Virus record (IMG/VR): IMGVR_UViG_3300044981_000021
Location: 36,881-100,880 of that record
Source of the DNA: a virus
Reading direction: 5' to 3' (one strand)
DNA length: 64,000 nucleotides
Part shown: in pieces, positions 53,700 through 62,038 of the stretch
Layout of the letters: every line of letters starts with the position of its first letter
Numbering within the stretch: position 1 is the stretch's first letter
Made by a program: the position numbers and the translations under genes
The notes under the pieces: model-generated
Databases searched by the model: none
What the model was told of the DNA's origin: nothing
What the model saw: the letters and a program-made list of their open reading frames with translations, nothing else

Positions 53700-55046
53700 T
53701 TATCCTCCGCGCATTATTGCTAGGTCTGGGAAGTAACTTTCCGAGCGTAGTTCTTGGTCCTTGGAATCAAGCGCACGCAAGGTGTCGGCTTGTGCTTTAG
53801 CAAATTGAGTCGGGTAGCGAACGTCCTCAAAAAAATTGTAGCAAGCGGCAAGCACATTGCTTCGCAGCACGTATCCAAAGTTGTCCGGCCACGGTGCCCA
53901 CGTATTCTGAAGCGAAGTCTTGATCGGCGCTTTGAGTTGGTAGAAGATAAAAGCTTGCCAGATTTGAGTAGACGGTACGGGCCAAAATCGGAAGGTCAGC
54001 GTGGTTCCAAACGCCTGCCCGGTAGGCGATCCAATCGTTTCTAAGATACCGTTAGCAATGATAATTGGCGTATTGGCCGACACAAATAATACCTTGGGGT
54101 TAGATGAAAAGGTAGTCGATGTAGTAACTAGATTTTGGGCCGCATTTACGCTCAACCTCCATGTAGTGGCCGTCGTGGAATCGTTAAGCAAGTAAAAAGA
54201 CGATCCAACCAGGCTGGTTTGAGTAATGGTTATCTGTCCCGCCGAATTTACTCCTAGCAACCAATTCAGTCCGTTTGGGTCGGTCAGCACTACGGGCGTA
54301 ACCGTGGGCACGTTTTCTAGCAACATACATACCTTAAATGGCGGCTGAATGATGCTTTCGATATATAGCGTAGACACCACTTCTATGTCGTGTACGGGCC
54401 TCACAGTGGCCGTATTCATGTAATCCTGTAGGGTACAGTGGGAAACCCAATTTAAGTCGCCTATGCCTTGTCCACCGTCGTTTGCTAGCCCTGTCGTGGC
54501 TACATTAAATGTAATTCCTAGAACGCCTCCGTTGGCCCCGATGACCTGACCGGTAATGACTGCGTTGGTTACGTTGTAGGCCGACTGAAAGGCTCCCGTA
54601 ATAGTTACGGTCTGACCTGGCGTAGGAATGCTTGACCCCGTGGTTACGGGTTGCGACCCGGGAGGGCCATTCAATCCAAAGGTTCCATTGGGGGCGAAGT
54701 CTGAGAATAAGGCCGTAACAACGTTTCCCGACTGCGACAATCCCGGTCCATTCGTAGAAATTACCGAATTCAGGTGTACGCTGCACACGTTCACAAATCC
54801 TGCCGTAACACTCATTTGGCAGCCCGAGAGCACATAATCTTGCTGATATGGGATAGTTGTGAACGGTAGAATGGCTCCCTTGTTGAACTTCCAATCATAG
54901 GGAGAGGAAAGCAGAGATTGCAGAGTGTCGTTACAGATTGACAGCGCAGGCTCGTTAGCCACGCCTCCGGCATTGACTAAGGGACTCATCCTTACGTGAA
55001 CTTGTGCCCACGAGATTATGTCCTGAAGTAGTAGCGTTGATGACAT
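53700..55046 (-). CDS. Head-tail adaptor-like protein with inserted beta domains
   Basis: N-terminal ..N..LQ.LLS..YDWKFN and C-terminal FRFWPVP..Y..KAP..W..WPD. Confidence 0.55.
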   Translation of the reverse strand: MSSTLLLQDIISWAQVHVRMSPLVNAGGVANEPALSICNDTLQSLLSSPYDWKFNKGAILPFTTIPYQQDYVLSGCQMSVTAGFVNVCSVHLNSVISTNGPGLSQSGNVVTALFSDFAPNGTFGLNGPPGSQPVTTGSSIPTPGQTVTITGAFQSAYNVTNAVITGQVIGANGGVLGITFNVATTGLANDGGQGIGDLNWVSHCTLQDYMNTATVRPVHDIEVVSTLYIESIIQPPFKVCMLLENVPTVTPVVLTDPNGLNWLLGVNSAGQITITQTSLVGSSFYLLNDSTTATTWRLSVNAAQNLVTTSTTFSSNPKVLFVSANTPIIIANGILETIGSPTGQAFGTTLTFRFWPVPSTQIWQAFIFYQLKAPIKTSLQNTWAPWPDNFGYVLRSNVLAACYNFFEDVRYPTQFAKAQADTLRALDSKDQELRSESYFPDLAIMRGG

Positions 55047-55049
55047 AGG

Positions 55050-56879
55050 TTAATTTTGGATACCCCAGCAATCTATCGCTGGCCACGATGCCGCTGCTGC
55101 TGTAATAGCAACATAGTTAACGGTCATACTTCCGGCTGATTTACTGACCACATAGGGTGTGCTTGGAAAATTTGTCGGCGCTCCTACGGGGCTACATCCC
55201 GCAGCATAGGAAGTGCTGGAAAACGTTCCCGGCCACGTAATCGTGATTGCCGTGCCGCAAGCATTCCCCGCAGAACTCCCCGTTGTGCAACCATTGGCAG
55301 AACCCTTCAACGATTGATATACCCCGGTTCCGGCATTAAGGGTCAGTCCAACCGTAGCATTTCCCCCGGCGTCGGGTACGCTGTAGGTCACAGATGCAGC
55401 AGGATTGCCGACAGATAAAACAGTATTGTGTGTATTGCCATTGAAATTGATTTGGTTGGATGTTCCATTATTTACCCACTGCCCTGGGCTAGCCGTCCCG
55501 TTTTGTAGAATCTGCATCCAGATATGATTTGCTCCGTCTTGAACTTCAAAAAACCCACTGGAGTCGGCCAACAATTGCCACTTGGGTACGCCTGCTTTAT
55601 ATATGGATAAACCACAAGAAGTGTTAGGGCAATCGACACCGATAGGTTGAGTTCCGCTTCCCGAAGCAGAAAACAAAAGAGTGTTTGTCCCCGTATCCAC
55701 GGAAGAATTCCACCATTTAACTTGACTATAGGTGTGGTTTTGGGGCCAATCTATTAACTGCCCTGTCGTATAAGTGAGGTTATAATCTGCCGAGATGTGA
55801 GTCGTAGAAGCATTATTGATCTGACAGTTAGTAATTGCATCTGTACCCGCCGACTGCGAAGCAAAAACTACTTGAGTTACCGTCTGCCCACCGCTAAACA
55901 CGCCCAAGTTAACACAGTTTAACAATCCGCCTTGATTAAGAATAAAGGCAGTAATGGTCCCGCTGGTTATATCGTCGGCCATTTTGCTGTTGGCAATATT
56001 GATTGAGCCGCCCGCGTTTACAATGTAGGTTGCCGTCGCTGTACCGCTGATGTTCTCGAAGTGACCACCGTTGATCTGAAATGTAGACGTACCATTGTTG
56101 ATGCATCCGCTGGTGTTGTCATCGCACGATACTCCTGCCATCCAAATATCTGTGCTATTGACCGGGACATTTAATCCGTAATTCAGGTTTTGGAAAATAT
56201 CGTCATTGACGTAGCGGATTAATTCTTCTCCGCCAAGATGGTTAGCCCCGTTCAGGCATCCATGAAGTTGAGATGTTTCGATAGTAATATTAAATGCCTT
56301 GTTGAAATTCAGACATTGACCACCGGGAAAACCCGAAACATTGACGCCCGAAAGAACCGCCTGATCTAATCCGTTTCCGGGCCCAATAGCAATTCCGCTT
56401 CCCGTTCCACTGCCCGGACCCGTGAGCGCAACATCGCGAATACCCGCCGCTCCTAGGTGGGATGTTCCCCAATCGAGTTGGATTGCGGTTGAGCTAGTTG
56501 GGATAAAGTTTAACGTTACAGGTCCGGCAGGATCGCCTTCTAACAACGCAGGCTTGTTGTTAACACCAACGGTAATTGTTGTCGAGAAATTATAGCTCCC
56601 TGCGGCTATTTTTATCCTACAACCGAGCGATGGACACGAGGCATAGGCTTTATTAATCTCGTCTCCGATATCTATCCCGCCCCGAGAAAGGCTAGAGTCA
56701 ACATACTGAACATTCTCTAGGGCTTGAACAAAAACCTTGGCAAAGGTTTGAATCCCCGTCCATGTGCAGTTTTGATCTAGGGCGCAAAAGATATGCGTTG
56801 TTTGCCCGGAAAGAACCTGTAGACCAATAGCCCAAGTCAAAACCAAAACGATTGGGATTCCAATTAAGTATTTCTTCAA
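55050..56879 (-). CDS. Tail spike/fibre with a pectin-lyase-like beta-helix and N-terminal signal peptide
   Basis: INKAYASCPSLGCRIKI..G.Y.F.T.I followed by parallel beta-helix repeats; MKKYLIGIPIVLVLTWAIG..G-Q. Confidence 0.7.
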   Translation of the reverse strand: MKKYLIGIPIVLVLTWAIGLQVLSGQTTHIFCALDQNCTWTGIQTFAKVFVQALENVQYVDSSLSRGGIDIGDEINKAYASCPSLGCRIKIAAGSYNFSTTITVGVNNKPALLEGDPAGPVTLNFIPTSSTAIQLDWGTSHLGAAGIRDVALTGPGSGTGSGIAIGPGNGLDQAVLSGVNVSGFPGGQCLNFNKAFNITIETSQLHGCLNGANHLGGEELIRYVNDDIFQNLNYGLNVPVNSTDIWMAGVSCDDNTSGCINNGTSTFQINGGHFENISGTATATYIVNAGGSINIANSKMADDITSGTITAFILNQGGLLNCVNLGVFSGGQTVTQVVFASQSAGTDAITNCQINNASTTHISADYNLTYTTGQLIDWPQNHTYSQVKWWNSSVDTGTNTLLFSASGSGTQPIGVDCPNTSCGLSIYKAGVPKWQLLADSSGFFEVQDGANHIWMQILQNGTASPGQWVNNGTSNQINFNGNTHNTVLSVGNPAASVTYSVPDAGGNATVGLTLNAGTGVYQSLKGSANGCTTGSSAGNACGTAITITWPGTFSSTSYAAGCSPVGAPTNFPSTPYVVSKSAGSMTVNYVAITAAAASWPAIDCWGIQN

Positions 56880-57093
56880 GCCGCTTTCTCCTTGGTAATT
56901 TCTATGGCGCGAGCACGCATGATGGCTTTGCCGATGTTATAGGCGTGTTGGTTGAGGCGTTCTTCCCAGAATAGGTTCAACTTGCGGCCAAAGGATTCTC
57001 GGTGAAGCCTATTGCGCCATTGGCGAATTAGCCAGTAGGTTGAGACGGTCTGGCGTAAATCTTGCACAGACCGATTCTAGGGGAGTTGTTAGA

Positions 57094-57609
57094 TTATATG
57101 TAGAGGACCGAGTTACCGGTTCTGGTTGGAAGTCGGATTACGTCCTTGTACTTCTCGAATACTTCTTGACTGCTGCATTCCCCGCGTATAGGGCTGAAGA
57201 CACAGTAGCAGTGAGGGCAATATCCTCTTTGCACATTGTCCGACTGAATGGCCCAGCAAATGCACGAGCTACCGTCGTCTCTTAAATGGCTGCACTGCAA
57301 GAATCGTGATTGCAATTGCCCCCAATGGGCTTCTTCGGCTTCTTTCTTAGTCTTCGCAGCGCGAGCCTTCTGTGCTTCTTTGATTGGATCAACGGGAACT
57401 TCGCGAGCAGCTTTAATGCTTTCCCTGATGCCTTCATTCATCTTTTCCGCAAACATAGCAAGCATCTGCGTGAAGAATTCTACGGGCACGGTTGGTTGAC
57501 CCGTAATTAGGGTTGCTGTTTCGATTGGTTTTTCGGTTTGAATTGGATCGCTAGGATCGGGTGGAAGTTCTACGGCAAACGGATTTTTACTACGCGGCAA
57601 ACGGTTCAC
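57094..57609 (-). CDS. Hypothetical protein
   Basis: 171 aa; CSH..CPHC. Confidence 0.6.
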   Translation of the reverse strand: MNRLPRSKNPFAVELPPDPSDPIQTEKPIETATLITGQPTVPVEFFTQMLAMFAEKMNEGIRESIKAAREVPVDPIKEAQKARAAKTKKEAEEAHWGQLQSRFLQCSHLRDDGSSCICWAIQSDNVQRGYCPHCYCVFSPIRGECSSQEVFEKYKDVIRLPTRTGNSVLYI

Positions 57610-57613
57610 GCTC

Positions 57614-58210
57614 CTAAGTGTTAAATGCTAAAGAAGTTGTTGGTAGCAAGTCTATCTTGCGGGTTTCCGTGTTGTAGACTGCCCGAACGGTCTTGCCGTT
57701 TTCGTCTTTGGTATAGCAAAGCCGTTGTTCATCGCAATGGTCTATCTTGCGTTGCGGTTTAGTGAATCCACTATAAAAACTAGCTAGTTCGGCGCGTGCA
57801 TCAGATGCGGCAATCTCTTCCCACGGGGAAACGCAATTTCGTGGAATATTGGTGCCATCCCAGCGTGATCGTGTCGTCCATCCACGACGCGCCAATTCGG
57901 GCAACATATCATCGTAGGGAATGGTGTGAATGCGGATATCATAGGCGGCACGATAGGCTAATTCTTTGGCGCATTGTTCTACGACCGGGTCAATGGCGGC
58001 TTCAAGTGAAAGGTCAGAAAATGAACGGTTATAACTATATTGCTGTATTACCGCAGTCTTGATGGCTACATTCTTCGGGATACTCCAAACGGGGCGGCGC
58101 TTCAGCCAAGAAGTAATCTCGGCAAACGCTCCCGCTTCGGCCATGGTTGCAGACGCAACCAAACCACCGCCCGTTAATCCTGCAAGTTGTAGGAATTTAC
58201 GACGATTCAC
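57614..58210 (-). CDS. Tat-signal protein with a capsid-like segment
   Basis: MNRRKFLQLAG; QY..SFSDLSLEAAIDPVVE..AKELAYRAA. Confidence 0.55.
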   Translation of the reverse strand: MNRRKFLQLAGLTGGGLVASATMAEAGAFAEITSWLKRRPVWSIPKNVAIKTAVIQQYSYNRSFSDLSLEAAIDPVVEQCAKELAYRAAYDIRIHTIPYDDMLPELARRGWTTRSRWDGTNIPRNCVSPWEEIAASDARAELASFYSGFTKPQRKIDHCDEQRLCYTKDENGKTVRAVYNTETRKIDLLPTTSLAFNT

Positions 58211-58374
58211 TTCTGGGGCTGATTATCTGTAATTTCTTTCATGGCCGATTTAAACGCTTTGATACTTTCACCAACACCCTTGCCCAATTCGGGCAGTTTC
58301 TTTGGACCAAAAATAAGCAAAGCGATACCGAAGATTACTAGCAGATGCATTGGTTGAAACAATCCTTCAAACAT

Positions 58375-59265
58375 TTATTTTGCCTCTGCGGATACTGTAT
58401 CACGAATTGATTGTGGGCGACTAATTGCTTCGGTAACTTTAATGTCGGGATTAATAGCTAATTTTTCGTCTATTTCGGCTTGTGCTATCCCTGAGTCTGC
58501 AATCGCTACGAGGTTCCCTGCATAGCAATATGTTCCCCAATGCTTCAACTTTACAAACGGGGCCATCCAAACCTTGCCGCCAATCGACTTCCACAATCGG
58601 CTGAAATAGTAATCTTCGGACAGGTAGTAATCTGACGCGGGATCAACCTCGGCCCGAAAGAAGTCATATATCTTGGGACCATAGAAGGATTGCTCGTCCG
58701 ACATTGGGGTATAGGACTTAACCGCATTAGCGGCGATAAGCTTCTCGTATACCGAGCGATTCAAGAGCATGAAGCCCGTTCCCGCGTCGGTAATTTCATT
58801 TAATTCATCTAGGCGAATTGTGGTGATTTCAGGGCTAGTTCTAGTTCCGACGATATTGAAAACGAAGTCTCCACATAGAACTTCCAAATCTCTAGGTTCT
58901 ATCTCGGGATTCATCTTGATAGCTCGTTTAGCCCTAGCCCAATTCATCTGCTTCTTTGGATAAGCCCCGCAGACAAATTCTTCATTCATGCAAAGCAACT
59001 TAAGTACGTCGGCCCCATCAAACTCAATATCGCTGTCGATAAACATTTGGTGCGTAGATGAGGAAGACAGGAATAAGTCGGCTTGGCGGTTTCTAGCGCG
59101 AGTTACAAGGCTATCGTGGACGAAATTGATCTGTAACTGCACTTCGTATGCTCTACATAGGCTAGCAAGATTCAACAACCCATTCACGTAGTTCGTGTGG
59201 CATTGAAGATTGTAGACCGGGGTGGTTACAAAGAGGCTTTTGCCCACTAGTTCGTCTACTCGCAT
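58375..59265 (-). CDS. GT-A fold glycosyltransferase
   Basis: TP.Y; SLVTRARN; FIDSD (DxD); GTGFML; SEDYYF. Confidence 0.85.
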   Translation of the reverse strand: MRVDELVGKSLFVTTPVYNLQCHTNYVNGLLNLASLCRAYEVQLQINFVHDSLVTRARNRQADLFLSSSSTHQMFIDSDIEFDGADVLKLLCMNEEFVCGAYPKKQMNWARAKRAIKMNPEIEPRDLEVLCGDFVFNIVGTRTSPEITTIRLDELNEITDAGTGFMLLNRSVYEKLIAANAVKSYTPMSDEQSFYGPKIYDFFRAEVDPASDYYLSEDYYFSRLWKSIGGKVWMAPFVKLKHWGTYCYAGNLVAIADSGIAQAEIDEKLAINPDIKVTEAISRPQSIRDTVSAEAK

Positions 59266-59269
59266 ACGT

Positions 59270-59827
59270 TTAATGTATTTCCTTGTACCAGATTCTTGTA
59301 TTCGGTCCCACGGCAAAGCCCTCTAGGAGATTGTTGCAGGCCATTACGACGCCCGGCGAAGTAATGTCATAGTCGTGCCCACAGATTACCCCCCCCTGTT
59401 CAAGTACGGATAGACCGAATTGGATATCCCGATAGACGCTATCATAGTCGTGCTGGCCGTCTACGAATACCATGTCGATTCCGGTTGGCCTAACTTCTGC
59501 GGGCAGTGTAATGCTGCCAAAATTGTCGGCTATCACGTTGTTGAGTTGTTCCTTGGTTATTTCTTTGTGATTAGCTTTCCATGGAACTACTTTCTTGCTA
59601 GCGATATGTTCGCCCATGTTCTTGATAAACGCATCATAGACGGCTTCGCGGTCTTTCCAGCACATGATTACGTCGCTAGGTCCGTGGAAATGGTCACAGG
59701 CGATTACGAAGCCTTCGGTATTGTCGGCCATGGCGCGAGTAGAGCGGCCATAGTAACTGCCTAGCTCAAGAATCTTCTTGTGCTTAGAAGCTAGTTCGGC
59801 TAGGAACTCTAGTTCCTGATTAGCCAT
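59270..59827 (-). CDS. Class I SAM methyltransferase (Methyltransf_24-like)
   Basis: LELGSYYGRST; FVDGQHDY; GGVICGHDY. Confidence 0.9.
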   Translation of the reverse strand: MANQELEFLAELASKHKKILELGSYYGRSTRAMADNTEGFVIACDHFHGPSDVIMCWKDREAVYDAFIKNMGEHIASKKVVPWKANHKEITKEQLNNVIADNFGSITLPAEVRPTGIDMVFVDGQHDYDSVYRDIQFGLSVLEQGGVICGHDYDITSPGVVMACNNLLEGFAVGPNTRIWYKEIH

Positions 59828-59895
59828 TAATCCTTTAAGATTCTTGGCGGGGGCTGTGTTAAATGGAGCTATGTACGGAACGGGCGGGAATTGGT

Positions 59896-60222
59896 CTACG
59901 GAGATATGTCCACCACCAAGCGCAAAGTCTTTCCTTTCAGGACATAGCTTAATATAGGAGCTTCGTTGCTTGCAATACCATCATTCTCGTAGGTGTATGC
60001 GCGAATAGAATAACCCGGAACTATAACTGCCTCGGGTTTAACTCCTGAACCGCCAAGACGACCATTGATGGTCAGCCACACTTCTCCCGCGCCGTTGATT
60101 TGAGTTCTTTTGATTGTTAATTGAGAACCGCTAGGGCTATTTAGCTCTACAATGTAATCCTGTGGATCGTTGCCTATGTCAAGCGGTACGGGCGGCTCGA
60201 AGGAATTCCAGTAAACTCTCAA
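59896..60222 (-). CDS. Hypothetical protein
   Basis: 108-aa ORF. Confidence 0.45.
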   Translation of the reverse strand: MRVYWNSFEPPVPLDIGNDPQDYIVELNSPSGSQLTIKRTQINGAGEVWLTINGRLGGSGVKPEAVIVPGYSIRAYTYENDGIASNEAPILSYVLKGKTLRLVVDISP

Positions 60223-60284
60223 GGGGTGGGTTCAATCCTATTTTTTTGATTCATAAATAGATTGCTGATTTGTTTATAGTACAG

Positions 60285-60644
60285 TCAATATTGCACGATC
60301 ACAAAATCACAGGCCTGTTGGAGATTCAAGTTTCCGTTGGTTGAATTGATAATCGGTACCTGTACTCGTGGGTGACTGCCCGTTGCGTAAGAAGTTCCGG
60401 TCGGTGCTAATAGTTGGACGGTCCCAAGAGAAATACCAGAGTTTACGTTAGCGTTCGAGAACGTTGCGGGGAGAGTCGCCTCGACCTGACCATTGCCCTG
60501 AAATTGCCAAGGTACAGTCACTGTCACTGTAGTCTGCCCACCATTCCCAGTCACATTCCCGGCAGCTATAGCATTAGGCGCGTAGACGCGAGAGTGTTCC
60601 GAGCTAGCGGTGCGAGTCCAATTAGATTTCTGAAATGTACCCAT
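60285..60644 (-). CDS. Virion structural protein (putative decoration)
   Basis: AAGGAG RBS; beta-rich, T/N/S-rich. Confidence 0.55.
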   Translation of the reverse strand: MGTFQKSNWTRTASSEHSRVYAPNAIAAGNVTGNGGQTTVTVTVPWQFQGNGQVEATLPATFSNANVNSGISLGTVQLLAPTGTSYATGSHPRVQVPIINSTNGNLNLQQACDFVIVQY

Positions 60645-60659
60645 AGTGAACTCCTTTGC

Positions 60660-61046
60660 CTAGACCCCTTGGTTGAACACGAACAGCAGCCGCGAGTTGG
60701 TATTGATGTTGGCCGAGCTACCCATGCCATAGAACGTTACGTTGATTCCCGAGCTATTCTGAAACACGGACGAAATAGCCACATTGGTCGTGTTCAGGAA
60801 GTTGATGTTCGATTGCTGAATGTTTGGGGCGGGGGAATTGTAGTTCGTGTTGGCTAGAAGCGTAACCGCAATAGGCAACTGATAAGTGTTAGAAGTGAAA
60901 AATGATCCGCTGCCGTAAGCGGGGGCGACGAACGTTACGGTGGTGGCTGTATTGGCGGTCAACGCTATGTTCTGATTACAAACCGCCTCGCACCAGAGTC
61001 CCACGGTCGAAGATTGTGCGGATGTTAGGTTTCCTACGTTACTCAT
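60660..61046 (-). CDS. Virion structural protein (putative decoration)
   Basis: AAGGAG RBS; N/T/S-rich. Confidence 0.55.
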   Translation of the reverse strand: MSNVGNLTSAQSSTVGLWCEAVCNQNIALTANTATTVTFVAPAYGSGSFFTSNTYQLPIAVTLLANTNYNSPAPNIQQSNINFLNTTNVAISSVFQNSSGINVTFYGMGSSANINTNSRLLFVFNQGV

Positions 61047-61165
61047 GGAAGATATCTCCTTGGGCCATGGGCGTTTTGCGCGGCCCCATTAACAGTTAAA
61101 ATCGTAGAGAACATTTAGGAATAGACACAAGTGCTTCGCCGTGCTATATTTCCCCCTAGAGAGAA

Positions 61166-61540
61166 ATGGCCTATTCGCCCGCGTCAATACAATCAGGCAG
61201 CCTAAGCAGTTTAATGCCTAATTTTTTAGGAAATCCAATGTATAATGGGCCGCTGTCCAATCCCTGTAGCAACATGGGTCAGGCGTACTATTCTCAAGCA
61301 GACTTGCAAAATATCTACGCATCCGCACAGGCACAAATCGCATCTAAAACAGAGAGGAAAACAACCATGCTAGCCGACGCACGTAAATACGTTTCTGACA
61401 ACCGCGACCTGATCTATACGGTCATCTTCGTAGCCATCCTTGACCATCTTTTATTCGATGGCGCGTTCCGCGAGAAGATTAAAAGCCTCGTGGATGGGTT
61501 CCTGAATCGAGCACAAGCAAAACACGCAGCCACGGAGTAA
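61166..61540 (+). CDS. Hypothetical membrane protein
   Basis: C-terminal TM segment; alternative start at MLADARK after GAGAGGA. Confidence 0.5.
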   Translation: MAYSPASIQSGSLSSLMPNFLGNPMYNGPLSNPCSNMGQAYYSQADLQNIYASAQAQIASKTERKTTMLADARKYVSDNRDLIYTVIFVAILDHLLFDGAFREKIKSLVDGFLNRAQAKHAATE

Positions 61541-61600
61541 TCCCATGAAGAAAAACGTTCTCGCGTTTCTGTTTGGCATTATTGTCGCTGCCCAAATCAA

Positions 61601-62032
61601 TTGGGTATTGCTGTTTGGGTTTGGAGGGCTATGCTTTATTCTTGGATACGCCGTTCACCTAAAATAATCTTCTTGCTGTGGATTCCTGCGCTTATGCTAT
61701 GCCGCCCAGACGTAACATGGAAAGCTGTAACCTTCATACCGCGCCACGTTCGTTGCAGCGATCACCCAAGACCGTTAGTGGAAAGCACTCAACCAATTAA
61801 AATTAATAGCAATCAATTCCGTGGCTACGTTCGCGGCATGAAGGCAGTCGCGGATGGATGCGTGGATGTTTTGTTTGAGAAAGACGACAGAACAATCGTC
61901 AATTTCCATGTTTGGCGTGGTCAGCGATATGATGGATGGCCGCCACTTTGGGTCGGGATGTATGGAAACGTAAACTTAGAACTAAATCCAATATGTGGCT
62001 ACTCAGTTACCTCTTCGCAACAACTACATTAA
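61601..62032 (+). CDS. Membrane-anchored hypothetical protein
   Basis: Hydrophobic N-terminus; stop lies inside the 62025 palindrome. Confidence 0.5.
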   Translation: MGIAVWVWRAMLYSWIRRSPKIIFLLWIPALMLCRPDVTWKAVTFIPRHVRCSDHPRPLVESTQPIKINSNQFRGYVRGMKAVADGCVDVLFEKDDRTIVNFHVWRGQRYDGWPPLWVGMYGNVNLELNPICGYSVTSSQQLH

Positions 62033-62038
62033 ATGTAC

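Larger units (their letters stand above)
27043..57091 (-). promoter_or_regulatory. Repeated 18-bp motif TARCAACTCCCCTARAAT (27043-27060, 52381-52398, 57074-57091), candidate late promoter
   Basis: Three near-identical intergenic copies ending in a -10-like TARAAT; weaker copy near 24051-24068. Confidence 0.6.
917..62037. repeat. Dispersed 13-bp palindrome TACRTTWAAYGTA (14 exact copies, 3 with one mismatch)
   Basis: Exact copies start at 917, 8080, 13725, 20320, 26719, 31167, 31378, 33566, 38364, 49568, 53097, 54501, 59265, 62025. One-mismatch copies at 14594, 32394, 42370. Confidence 0.95.

Noticed and set aside
917-62037. CRISPR array or recombinase crossover sites as the explanation for the 13-bp repeat
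   Set aside because: Copies are hundreds to thousands of bases apart with no spacer periodicity, no cas genes are present, and the 1-bp centre does not fit a tyrosine-recombinase core site
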